Source: Clostridium sp. CAG:417 (GTDB lineage: Bacteria; Bacillota_I; Bacilli_A; RF39; UBA660). From it: a stretch of 64,000 nucleotides of DNA. The notes below the pieces were generated by a model that was not told the origin of the DNA, made no database searches, and worked only from the letters and a program-made list of their open reading frames with translations. Shown piece after piece: positions 45,908-55,344 of the stretch; the first letter of the stretch is position 1; each line of letters opens with the position of its first letter. Location of the stretch: contig FR890370.1 in NCBI GenBank assembly GCA_000432835.1, positions 26,622 to 90,621 of the forward strand. Direction: 5' to 3'. The position numbers and the translations under genes were made by a program.

Positions 45908-48070
45908 TTGAAAAAGGAAAAGGGAAGGAACAATGTAAAGTATAGTAAGTTACTTATTATTGCCTCTCTTTTTTTGTTTGTCATAATGATATTAAGATTA
46001 TTACAATTATCACTTTCTAAAACTATCGATGATACCAATCTTCAAGAACTGGCTTCTAAAAGAACTACTAGGACCACAACCCTTAGCGCCAAAAGGGGAA
46101 CAATATATAGTTCCAATAATGATGTTTTAGCGCAAAATGTTACATCTTATAAATTAATTGCGTATTTGAGTCCTAAGAGAACAACTAATAAAAATAAGCC
46201 TCAACATGTAGTAGATAAAGATTTAACTGCTGAAAAGCTTGCTCCTATACTTGGCATGACAAAAGAAGAGATTCTTACTTATTTAAACAAAGAAAATAAA
46301 TATCAAACAGAATTTGGTAGTAAAGGAAAAGGTCTTACAGAATTAGAAAAGAATCAAATTCAAAATCTAAACTTACCAGGACTAGATTTTGTTGAAAGTT
46401 ATAAAAGATATTATCCTAAAGGAAACTTTCTATCTTATACCTTAGGTTATGCTACAACTGAAGAGGATAAAGATGGCGAACAAGTTATAAAAGGTAAAAT
46501 GGGACTAGAACTTTATTATGATAACATCTTAAAAGGTGAAGATGGTTATGTTACTTATCAAAAGGATTTAAAAGGTTATAAAATTTCTGGTACCAAAGAA
46601 ATAAAAAAAGATGCCGTTCAAGGTAAAGATATATATTTAACAATTGATAGTAATGTGCAATTTTTTGTAGAGCAAGCCTTAACTAATGCCAAGAATAATT
46701 ACGGATATGAATGGTTTACAATGGTTATAATGGATGCCAAGACAGGTAAAATTTTAGGAATGTCATCTAATCCTAATTTTGACTTAAACACCAGAGATAA
46801 TATTACTAACTATCTTGATTTAACTATTTCTTCACCATATGAGCCTGGTAGTACCATGAAAACATTTACTTATATGGCAGCCATGGAAAACGGTGTATAT
46901 AACGGAAGTGCTACCTATAAATCTGGTGAATATACTACAACAGATGGTACTGTTATTGGTGACTGGAATAGAAATGGTTGGGGTTATATTACCTACGACA
47001 GGGGATATGCTCTATCTTCCAATGTTGGAGTCATAAACCTATTGAAAAACTTTATGAATAGTGCCATGTTAAGACAGTACTATAGAAAATTAGGATTTGG
47101 TAAAAAAACAGGTATTACACTTCCTAATGAAAGTACTGGTCAAATAAGTTTTAAATATGAAACTGAAGTCTTTAATGCTGGTTTCGGTCAAGGAATTACA
47201 ACAACACCACTTCAAAATGTTCAAGCTATGACACCTCTTACCAATGATGGTATGCTTTTAAAACCATATGTTGTAGAAAAAATTGTTGACCCAGATACTA
47301 AAGAAGTAGTTTATAAAGGTAAAAGAACCGAAAAAGAACGTGTTGCTTCAACTCAAACAGTTCAGAAAATGATTCAATTAATGGATGATACTGTTAATGG
47401 AATAGGTAATACCGGATCAGGCTTTAGAATACCTAGCGGTGAATTAATTGGTAAAACAGGAACCGCCCAAATAGCCGCCACCAATGGTCGAGGATATTTA
47501 AATGGCAAGGAAGATATTATTTCTTCATTTTCTGGAATTTATCCTAAGAGTAATCCTCAATTTATTATTTATGCCTCTGTTAAAAGACCGGCAGGAGGAA
47601 GTCAAAAGGGCGTTTCAACTGCTGTAAAAGAAGTAGTAAGCAATCTTTCAAAATACTATGGAACCGAAGTAACAGAAACGGAAGGAGAAAAAATAACTAC
47701 TTACAAACTTCCATCACTAGAAAATAAGAAATTGGATGAAGCTCGTCAATTACTAACTGCTAATAATATTACTAATCAAATAATTATTGGTAATGGGGAT
47801 AAGGTAATTAACCAATATCCAGAAAAAAATATTAGTATTACCAATAAAGATAAAATATTCTTAGTAACTAACGACTCTAATATTACAATACCAGATGTAA
47901 ATGGATATTCCAGTAAAGATGCAACTAGTCTTTTAAATTTATTAGGTATAAAAACTAAATTAACAGGAACTGGATATGTAACAGCACAGAGTATAGCAGC
48001 AGGTACTGCCATTACGCAGGGAATGGAAATAGAATTAACTTTAAATCCTAAATTTGATGCTGGACAATAA
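45908..48070 (+). CDS. Class B penicillin-binding protein (PBP2B/FtsI-type) with C-terminal PASTA domains
   Basis: GSTMKTF (SxxK), LSSNVG (SxN) and GKTGTA (KTG). Two PASTA-like repeats lie at the C-terminus. TTG start. Confidence 0.9.
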   Translation: MKKEKGRNNVKYSKLLIIASLFLFVIMILRLLQLSLSKTIDDTNLQELASKRTTRTTTLSAKRGTIYSSNNDVLAQNVTSYKLIAYLSPKRTTNKNKPQHVVDKDLTAEKLAPILGMTKEEILTYLNKENKYQTEFGSKGKGLTELEKNQIQNLNLPGLDFVESYKRYYPKGNFLSYTLGYATTEEDKDGEQVIKGKMGLELYYDNILKGEDGYVTYQKDLKGYKISGTKEIKKDAVQGKDIYLTIDSNVQFFVEQALTNAKNNYGYEWFTMVIMDAKTGKILGMSSNPNFDLNTRDNITNYLDLTISSPYEPGSTMKTFTYMAAMENGVYNGSATYKSGEYTTTDGTVIGDWNRNGWGYITYDRGYALSSNVGVINLLKNFMNSAMLRQYYRKLGFGKKTGITLPNESTGQISFKYETEVFNAGFGQGITTTPLQNVQAMTPLTNDGMLLKPYVVEKIVDPDTKEVVYKGKRTEKERVASTQTVQKMIQLMDDTVNGIGNTGSGFRIPSGELIGKTGTAQIAATNGRGYLNGKEDIISSFSGIYPKSNPQFIIYASVKRPAGGSQKGVSTAVKEVVSNLSKYYGTEVTETEGEKITTYKLPSLENKKLDEARQLLTANNITNQIIIGNGDKVINQYPEKNISITNKDKIFLVTNDSNITIPDVNGYSSKDATSLLNLLGIKTKLTGTGYVTAQSIAAGTAITQGMEIELTLNPKFDAGQ

Positions 48071-48125
48071 CTTCTTGTTATTGTCTTTTTTTCCTTTTCT
48101 GTGCTATACTTATAAAGGTGATATC

Positions 48126-48665
48126 ATGGAAAAGCCTAATAAAACAAAAAGAGAAATAGTAAAAATGCTTTTAAATAGGGAAATAGATGCCCAAGATGAG
48201 GAAGCCTTATTGGATTTACTAGTAGATCAACCTATTTCTATAGATGTAGATAAACAAGAAGAATCAAAAATGAGTTTCGGTGATCACTTAGCCGATAAAA
48301 TTTCGGCTATCGCTGGTAGTTGGTTTTTTATAGCACTATTCATCTCATTTTTAATTATTTGGATAGTTTTAAATACTGTTTTACTGAATAAAAACCAGCG
48401 CTTAGATGAATATCCATTTATTCTTTTAAATCTTTTATTATCATGTATTTCCGCATTACAAGCGCCTATAATTATGATGAGTCAAAATAGACAAAGCGAA
48501 AAAGATAGTCTAAGGAATCAAAATGATTATCGCATTGATTTAAAGAGTGAGCTGATTCTAGAAGAGTTACATGATAAAATTGAAACTATAAATAAACAAC
48601 AAAAAGATATTATTCGTAGATTGGACCGAATAGAAAAAAGTGGAAGTGAACAAAATAATGAATAA
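48126..48665 (+). CDS. DUF1003 family membrane protein
   Basis: FGDHLADKISAIAGSW..., YPFILLNLLLS...QAPIIMMSQNRQSEKD and a C-terminal coiled coil. The ATG at 48126. Confidence 0.7.
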   Translation: MEKPNKTKREIVKMLLNREIDAQDEEALLDLLVDQPISIDVDKQEESKMSFGDHLADKISAIAGSWFFIALFISFLIIWIVLNTVLLNKNQRLDEYPFILLNLLLSCISALQAPIIMMSQNRQSEKDSLRNQNDYRIDLKSELILEELHDKIETINKQQKDIIRRLDRIEKSGSEQNNE

Positions 48666-49149
48666 AAAAATTCCTAGATTCATAATTCTAATTTCAATTA
48701 TCAGTTTTATTTGTGTTGGTTGCAGTGATGATACAAAAAATAAAACAGCAAAGACGGATGAAAACGTTCTTCACTGTAAAAGAAAGGCAACTACTACAGA
48801 TGGAGCCAGTACATCCTTAACCTATAGCATTTATTATGATGGTGACTACGTTACAAAAACAGTTTCTGTAGAAAAGGTAACATCAGATGATGATGCAATA
48901 CTTAAAAAATATAAGGCAGCCTATGAAAATGTTTTTTCACCATATAAGAATATTGATTATTATGATAATAAGGTAACTACAACATCAAATAGTGTTATTA
49001 GTACGACTGTCATAGATTATAATAAAGTAGATATAAATAAGATAATTGCAATTGAGGGTAGTGATGATAATATTTTTGAATCTGACGGAAAGGTAAAAAA
49101 AGAAACCCTAACAACTTTATATAAAAAATATGGAACTACATGTGAGTAG
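48658..49149 (+). CDS. Putative lipoprotein
   Basis: Signal peptide MNKKIPRFIILISIISFICVGCSDD with a lipobox-like VGC. It overlaps the preceding gene by 8 nt. Confidence 0.6.
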   Translation: MNKKIPRFIILISIISFICVGCSDDTKNKTAKTDENVLHCKRKATTTDGASTSLTYSIYYDGDYVTKTVSVEKVTSDDDAILKKYKAAYENVFSPYKNIDYYDNKVTTTSNSVISTTVIDYNKVDINKIIAIEGSDDNIFESDGKVKKETLTTLYKKYGTTCE

Positions 49150-49158
49150 TTCCTTCTT

Positions 49159-49233
49159 GTTTGAATAGTTTAATGGATAAAATACTTCCCCCCGAAGGAA
49201 GCAATGTGGGTTCGACTCCCACTTCAAACACCA
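49159..49233 (+). tRNA. tRNA-Arg (anticodon CCG) with an atypical anticodon loop (C33, A37), encoded CCA
   Basis: GTTTGAATAGTTTAATGGATAAAATACTTCCCCCCGAAGGAAGCAATGTGGGTTCGACTCCCACTTCAAACACCA. The acceptor is GTTTGAA/TTCAAAC, the anticodon stem CTTCC/GGAAG, the loop CCCCGAA, and the T-arm GTGGG-TTCGACT-CCCAC. Confidence 0.7.
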
Positions 49234-49278
49234 TTTTTATATATACATTTACATAAATGTATGATAATATAATGTTAT

Positions 49279-49352
49279 GCCGATATAGTTTAGTGGTAAA
49301 ACAGATCCTTGGTAAGGATCAGCGGTAAGTTCAATTCTTACTTTCGGCACCA
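49279..49352 (+). tRNA. tRNA-Thr (anticodon GGT), encoded CCA
   Basis: GCCGATATAGTTTAGTGGTAAAACAGATCCTTGGTAAGGATCAGCGGTAAGTTCAATTCTTACTTTCGGCACCA. The anticodon stem is GATCC/GGATC and the loop TTGGTAA. The acceptor stem has one U-U mismatch. Confidence 0.85.
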
Positions 49353-49512
49353 GATTGATTATTACTCACAATTTTTGGGACTAAATAATAAATACTAACT
49401 AGAAATAGTTAGCTTTTTTGTTTTTCAATAAAGAAAAGGTTCTAGATAAAGCAAAAGGGTATAATTCTACTATTTCAAATATACTATAAATTACTTTCTT
49501 CTAAAATAAGCA

Positions 49513-49543
49513 TAAAAAATACCCTTAATTAAATCAAGAGTAT
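49513..49543 (-). terminator. Rho-independent terminator of the 49589-50422 gene
   Basis: On the minus strand, ATACTCTT / AAGGGTAT stem (one G-U pair) followed by T6. Confidence 0.6.
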
Positions 49544-49588
49544 TTATCTATAATTTTATATATTAGTTCCTAGATGAAATGAATCCCT

Positions 49589-50422
49589 TTACTTTGAAAG
49601 TTGTAATATTTTTTGCATTTGTTCATTTTCATAATTAACTTCAACATTATTTTTTAATTGCTTCATCAATTGTCTTTTTTGAGAAGAAAGCTTTGAACTA
49701 TCCTCTCTGACAAATCTTAATCCGCATATATATTGACATAAATCTGTGTCAAATAATGTATCATTCAAAATTTCTAAAATTGCAACTTTTAACATTCCTA
49801 ATTTAGAACCCAAAGTTTTATATAATTCCTCATTACTATAATTCTGTAAAGAAAATTCATGGTAGGTTCCTTTGTCTCCATCCAAATGATACATAGCGTC
49901 ACTATGACCAAGTAATTCTATTCGACTACTTTTTGCTATTTCTTGTTTTTCTTGCTCAAAATTTTTATTTCTTTCCTCTAATATTTGTTTAATTGATAAT
50001 AAAAATTCTTTTTGTGAATTGTTTGTTGAATTTTTCAATCTTCTATTTATATTTTCTATTTCCTTGGTACACACTTTAGTAAAAAAAGAATCTCCAAAAT
50101 CTGTCTCATTACATAAATGTTTTTCACTAAACAACAAATTATTTGAGTAATAATCTGTCTGTCTGGCATAAAGGAGATATGTTTCCATAAGTTGCTGCAT
50201 ATCAACATTTGGAGAAATTAAATAATTATTAACATCTAATCCTCTTTTTTGTATGACTTTGTCATCGAAGTGTAGTAAATCATCAAATTCCCAACCTACA
50301 TATTTTACTCTTTCTCTTAACTCGGCCTCAGCACATTTTCTTAATACATCAATATTCTTATCATTCAAGATAATTAAAATTAAATTTGATATACTGATTT
50401 TCTTTAAATCTTTAATTTCCAT
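49589..50422 (-). CDS. Hypothetical protein (277 aa), no recognisable domain
   Basis: Intact ORF with RBS GGAGGG and an extended -10 TGATATAAT about 25 nt upstream of the ATG. The central segment is Lys/Glu-rich and helical. Confidence 0.65.
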   Translation of the reverse strand: MEIKDLKKISISNLILIILNDKNIDVLRKCAEAELRERVKYVGWEFDDLLHFDDKVIQKRGLDVNNYLISPNVDMQQLMETYLLYARQTDYYSNNLLFSEKHLCNETDFGDSFFTKVCTKEIENINRRLKNSTNNSQKEFLLSIKQILEERNKNFEQEKQEIAKSSRIELLGHSDAMYHLDGDKGTYHEFSLQNYSNEELYKTLGSKLGMLKVAILEILNDTLFDTDLCQYICGLRFVREDSSKLSSQKRQLMKQLKNNVEVNYENEQMQKILQLSK

Positions 50423-50531
50423 AATTAACCCTCCATCATAATTATATCATAAAATATTAAAACAATTTGTGATTTTAAATAAATGCGTTCATATAGTTTC
50501 ACTAAATATTTATTTCAATAAAATTTATTTT

Positions 50532-51647
50532 CTATTTCTTTAAAAATGGAAAAATCTTTCTTCTTAAATTTAATCTTTTTTGATACTTTTCTTCTTTCTT
50601 TTTTCTTTCTAATAGTTCCTGTTCTTCAGCCATTTTTTCCTCTGATAATTTTTGCTTTTCTTCGCCTAATTGTTTTTTTCTTATTTCATATAAAGATTCA
50701 CGACTCCAATACGGACAATCATCTATTCTAACAAAAAGCTTTTTAAAGATTTCATTTTCTTGACCACAAACAATATTTGAAATATCATGTAAATTACAGA
50801 ACACAAAACATTCTTTTTTTCCCAAACCACTACATTTTACTAAATCAATATAACAATTCTTCACGTGATATCCAGTATATACTCTTACTACACTAGAAGA
50901 AATATAAGCTGAAAGCATTGAATCCAATGGCTTAACGTACGAATCATCTCTTTCAATATTTTTATATATTAATAGTTCATCATAAGCCGCAGATAAAACA
51001 TCTCTAAATTCCATAAGCAATTCTTTCCCGAGAGAGGTATTAGATTCATCACTTTTTAAATATAACTCGCCATAATTCTTAGAAAAAGTAATAGGTTTAT
51101 CATCCGCTGAAATTTCCAATTCATCTTTGTCATAATCAAAAGTTAATATAAGACTATATATATCATACATATCATATATATCACATGTATGATAATATTC
51201 ATAATTTTTTTCTATTATATCCATATAATAATCTTCTTTTTTTATTTGTTCCTTGTATATTTTTCTTATCAATTTATATACATCATATAAGGAGATGCAA
51301 TTATAATCTTTATTTTCATCAGACGTTAATATCCTTTTTATTTCCTGAAGTATTTGTGTTTTTATATTTACTGGTTTAGAAAGTTGTAATCTCTTCCAAA
51401 CTTCTGTAGATATTTCTTTATTTGTATAAAAATAGACTCTTTCATCTTTAGTTGAATATTGAATAGTATTAAAAACTACATCTGGATTAGATATAAAAAT
51501 AATTTCCAAACAATATTCAAGATAAGTTTTACTAACATTTTCAATTGTTGTAATTCTTAAATTATTTCCTATGTCCTTTAATGGTAATATGGTATCACTG
51601 TATACTATTTTTTTATTTTCAAATGTTGTATGTGGTTCTGTTGACAT
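50532..51647 (-). CDS. Hypothetical protein (371 aa) with a C-terminal charged coiled-coil tail
   Basis: The likely start MSTEPH (51647) follows GGGAGGAA, with an extended -10 TGATATAAT upstream. The C-terminus EEKQKLSEEKMAEEQELLERKKKEEKYQKR is highly charged. Confidence 0.65.
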   Translation of the reverse strand: MSTEPHTTFENKKIVYSDTILPLKDIGNNLRITTIENVSKTYLEYCLEIIFISNPDVVFNTIQYSTKDERVYFYTNKEISTEVWKRLQLSKPVNIKTQILQEIKRILTSDENKDYNCISLYDVYKLIRKIYKEQIKKEDYYMDIIEKNYEYYHTCDIYDMYDIYSLILTFDYDKDELEISADDKPITFSKNYGELYLKSDESNTSLGKELLMEFRDVLSAAYDELLIYKNIERDDSYVKPLDSMLSAYISSSVVRVYTGYHVKNCYIDLVKCSGLGKKECFVFCNLHDISNIVCGQENEIFKKLFVRIDDCPYWSRESLYEIRKKQLGEEKQKLSEEKMAEEQELLERKKKEEKYQKRLNLRRKIFPFLKK

Positions 51648-51816
51648 AATCACAATTCCTCCCAATAAATTTAAATTAAAACTATTATATCATAAGTTTT
51701 AATCACTTATTATATTTCTGGTATCAATTATCATTATTTATTTCAATATTTATAGGTAAAATAATTTATTAATGATATAATATACTTCACAATAGCTAGT
51801 AATTTTGGAGGTAAAT

Positions 51817-52278
51817 ATGAAAATGTTTGAGGTAGGGGATAGATCGCCATTTTTAATAGACTTATTAGTAGAGGTATGGGCAGATTCAGTAAAAAATACT
51901 CATCTTTTTTATCAAAAGAAGAAATAGAAAATATCAAGGAATATGTGCCACATGCACTTAAAAAAGTATCTCATTTAGTAATCATAGAAAATATTGATAA
52001 GACGCCTATTGCCTTTATGGGAATAGAGGATAACAAACTTGAAATGCTATTTATTAAAAATAGCGAAAGAAAAAAAGGCTTTGGAAAAAAAATTATTAAC
52101 TTATGGTATAACACACTATGGAGTTAATGAACTAGTAGTTAATGAAAAAAATCCCACCGCAATAAAATTCTATGAACATATGGGTTTTAAAACTTATCAA
52201 AGAAAAGAGTTGGATGAACAAAATAATCCTTATCCAATTTTATATATGAGGTTAGGAATAGAAAAATTAAAAAAGTAG
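51817..52278 (+). pseudogene. GNAT N-acetyltransferase disrupted by two homopolymer frameshifts
   Basis: Three frame segments join into one GNAT protein: MKMFEVGDRSPFLIDLLVEVWADSVKNTHLF | LSKEEIEN...MLFIKNSERKKGFGKK | LLTYGITHYGVNELVVNEKNPTAIKFYEHMGF...PYPILYM. The breaks are at a T6 run (51905-51910, 1 nt short) and an A8 run (52085-52092, 1 nt extra). Confidence 0.75.
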
Positions 52279-52319
52279 TATTGATATATATTACCTAATT
52301 AACTCAGTAAAAAAATAAA

Positions 52320-52347
52320 ACCAGTTTCAAAAATAACTGGTCTTTTA
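52320..52347. terminator. Bidirectional terminator between the GNAT remnant and the 52401-52796 gene
   Basis: ACCAGTT / AACTGGT stem flanked by an A-run upstream and T-rich sequence downstream. Confidence 0.6.
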
Positions 52348-52400
52348 ATATTTATAGCGCATAAGAATATCACTATACAAATAAATATATTTAAATATTA

Positions 52401-52796
52401 TTATTTGTTGTTTTTTAGTTTACGCATTAATACTTTAGCTGATTTATCTTCCATGCCATAATATGGTTTTAAGGACTTTTCATCAACAAATAAGTCACCA
52501 ACAGCACTAGGAGATGTTAACATCATTAACTCATTTATTTTGTAACCCCTTCTTGCACTAGTTTGCGCTTTTAATTTTAAAAGTAAATTTAGTTTTTCTA
52601 ACTCCACATAAAAATCATTCTTAAACTTCACTAATATAACATCTTCTTTATAAAGTTCATCATTTGTCTTGGTATAACCATAAGAATCGCTAGAGACAAT
52701 TCTACCATTAATTATAATGCCCACAGAAGTAGTAGCTACCATCTCATATTCTGTACATTTTTTAATATTTCCGATAAAGATTTGTTCTTTTTTCAT
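52401..52796 (-). CDS. Hypothetical protein (131 aa)
   Basis: Intact ORF with RBS AAGGAGAAG and an extended -10 TGATATAAT upstream. No recognisable motif. Confidence 0.6.
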   Translation of the reverse strand: MKKEQIFIGNIKKCTEYEMVATTSVGIIINGRIVSSDSYGYTKTNDELYKEDVILVKFKNDFYVELEKLNLLLKLKAQTSARRGYKINELMMLTSPSAVGDLFVDEKSLKPYYGMEDKSAKVLMRKLKNNK

Positions 52797-53026
52797 TTAT
52801 ACTTCTCCTTACTAGATTATTATATCAAAAAAACTATAAACTACAACAAAAAACACCTCTCTATTAATTTAAAATATGGTATAATCTTTTAAAACGTTAA
52901 CTAAAAAACATCCAGAAAGTTTAATGCTATAGTAAAAGTTAAAAATAATTGCGCATGTTCCAGCAACTATTGGTAGAATTTAAGTATTAAAATTGTTATG
53001 CTTTTTATGAAAAGGAGAAACAATAT

Positions 53027-53611
53027 ATGGATTTAGGAAAAAAAGTAGTAATTCTAAGAAAGAAAAACAATCTTACCCAAGAATCTCTTGCTGAAAAAAT
53101 AGGGGTAACAAGACAAACAATATCAAAGTGGGAACTTGGAGAAACAAGTCCTGATATTAAACAAGCTAAATTGCTAGCTGCAGAATTTAATATCAGTTTA
53201 GATGAATTAGTTAATAATAACACTAATAATGTATTAATGAAAAAGGTTAGTAATACTGAACATTTAGCAACCATTACTATTAAGATGCTAAAAGTTATTG
53301 GTATTATCCTATCAGTACTTTTTATTACTATAATAATATTAATAGTAACTTATGGTATTACACATATCTCTTCAAAAGATAATAAAATAAGCGGTAAATT
53401 TTCTCTTGATTGCCACCTAGATAATGAAGAATATTTATATGAGATAGAGTATAATAAAAATTATCAAATTATTAACGGTGGAGGAGATGCTTGGATTTCA
53501 AATCACACAGATGTTGAAAATTATGATGATGCCAATAAGGCCGTTGCGCATATAGAAGACTATTTCAACGACCACAAAGGAAGTTGTATAATATCTGAAG
53601 AGACTAAATAA
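53027..53611 (+). CDS. XRE-family HTH protein with a TM segment and a C-terminal extracytoplasmic domain
   Basis: LRKKNNLTQESLAEKIGVTRQTISKWELGETSP (HTH_3), then the TM IGIILSVLFITIIILIVTYGI, then an ~80-aa C-terminal domain. Confidence 0.8.
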   Translation: MDLGKKVVILRKKNNLTQESLAEKIGVTRQTISKWELGETSPDIKQAKLLAAEFNISLDELVNNNTNNVLMKKVSNTEHLATITIKMLKVIGIILSVLFITIIILIVTYGITHISSKDNKISGKFSLDCHLDNEEYLYEIEYNKNYQIINGGGDAWISNHTDVENYDDANKAVAHIEDYFNDHKGSCIISEETK

Positions 53612-53685
53612 ATTTATTTTTCTATCATATAAATTTAAAAAAAGAGTATCATGAAGTATAACACATAATTTATAAGGAGAAAGAG

Positions 53686-54534
53686 ATGGATATTTATAAT
53701 CAAATATTAGACGAAAATGAATTAAAATATCATAAAATTAATGATGAAATATTCAAAGAAGTTTTAACAGAATTTTTTGAAAAAGTTGATTCATCATATG
53801 AAATAAGATCTGATATGGACTATACTGATAAATTCCTAGTTTTATTAAATGAATATATCTATCATTCTAATTATATAGTACCATTTTATGAAATCTTAAA
53901 CAAATATCATTACAACATGAAACAAGAAATTAAAGATGCTATATTTGAACTAGGTAATTTAAGAAAAACTAGTCGTAATTCTAAACTTATAAAAAAATTA
54001 CTAAATTCCCCTGTTATACAAGATATTAGCCTAAAGGAGAGAAAAAAATACGAAATATATAGTGAAAAATATGGCACATTTTCTTTTGAACTAGCCTCCA
54101 AATATTTTCGTAAAAACAGTGAACTAAAGGATTATATTTCATCAACCGTACTGGCTCAAGAATGCCACTCTCACGCATATTATATGTCTAAAATATTTAA
54201 AGATTATTATGCTATAACTTCATTATGCAGATATTATTTTAAAGGAAATTATTATCATTCATATACGTATGATAAAGATTCCAATTTAATCTTTGACTTA
54301 TGTTCAAACGCAGTATTTATAAAAGATGAATTTGATGACTTGTTTGAAACCAATGAAATATCAGTTGTTAAAAACAAAGATTTAGAAGAGCAACTTTCCA
54401 TAGTGGACTTTAATAGTATCCAACCAGAATCAAGAAGAAAGCTCTTAAGATTGGCCTTATTCAAACAATCTCTAAATTTAGAGCCTGATAAAAACTTAGA
54501 TAAAAAAGTTTACACCAAAACCATTCACAAATAA
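53686..54534 (+). CDS. Hypothetical protein (282 aa) with a possible Cys-His-Asp (transglutaminase/papain-like) signature
   Basis: AQECHSHAYYMSKIF...(31 aa)...YYHSYTYDKDSNLIFD has the spacing of C..H..D catalytic cores. This is inference only. Confidence 0.5.
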   Translation: MDIYNQILDENELKYHKINDEIFKEVLTEFFEKVDSSYEIRSDMDYTDKFLVLLNEYIYHSNYIVPFYEILNKYHYNMKQEIKDAIFELGNLRKTSRNSKLIKKLLNSPVIQDISLKERKKYEIYSEKYGTFSFELASKYFRKNSELKDYISSTVLAQECHSHAYYMSKIFKDYYAITSLCRYYFKGNYYHSYTYDKDSNLIFDLCSNAVFIKDEFDDLFETNEISVVKNKDLEEQLSIVDFNSIQPESRRKLLRLALFKQSLNLEPDKNLDKKVYTKTIHK

Positions 54535-54589
54535 TAGTTGAAAAAATCTCCTAAATATGATATAATACGAAGCCAAAAGAGGGGATAGT

Positions 54590-55327
54590 ATGATATTTAA
54601 TAGTAAAAAAGAATTACTTATGTATTTAAAATATATTATTGAATTAGGTTATGGATCTCAAGGAATAACTTATCATGACAAAAAACTAAATAAAGCTATC
54701 AAAGTTTATCATGAAGTTTTTGATGATGAAATGTCTTATTTAACAAAAAATAAAGAGGAGACATTAAAATTTAATCAGGTTGTTAATAATACATATATTT
54801 TTCCTGATGATGTTTTAATGTTAAATGATAAGATAGTAGGGTATACAAGTAAATTTGTATCTGGAAAAAATCTGCAATATATAAATCCCCTAACTATAAA
54901 TATTAATAATCTTATGCAATCCATTAAGCAAGTAAAAGAGGATACCAAATTAATTTCTGAAAATAAAATAAAATCATATGATGTTATGTATAATATTATG
55001 TATGACTATGAAAATATAGCGGTTATTGATACCGATGAATATAATTATAGTATGCTTCCTGTAAAAGATTTAATTGCAAAGAATAACTATAGTTTTAATA
55101 TAGGTATAAAACAGTTCCTAATTGATAATTATTTTGATGAATTTGTAACGTCAAATAAGGAATTAAATGATATGTATAACTCAGATGATGCCGATATTTT
55201 AGAACTTTTAAGAACTTTTAGACAATGTATCAGTGAGCAAGCAGGATATGAAATATCTAACTTAAATAAAGCAAGTTCTTGTCTTAACAAAACAAAACAT
55301 GAACCCAAATTTATTAGAACATTATAA
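54590..55327 (+). CDS. Hypothetical protein with a possible protein-kinase-like fold; paralogue-like to 15059-15826
   Basis: ELGYGSQGITY (Gly-rich loop), AIKVY (Lys), GYTSKFVSGKNL (hinge-like), YDVMYNIMY (D..N) and IAVIDTDE (Mg-binding Asp candidate). Confidence 0.55.
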   Translation: MIFNSKKELLMYLKYIIELGYGSQGITYHDKKLNKAIKVYHEVFDDEMSYLTKNKEETLKFNQVVNNTYIFPDDVLMLNDKIVGYTSKFVSGKNLQYINPLTININNLMQSIKQVKEDTKLISENKIKSYDVMYNIMYDYENIAVIDTDEYNYSMLPVKDLIAKNNYSFNIGIKQFLIDNYFDEFVTSNKELNDMYNSDDADILELLRTFRQCISEQAGYEISNLNKASSCLNKTKHEPKFIRTL

Positions 55328-55344
55328 AAACGCTAGAAATTAAT

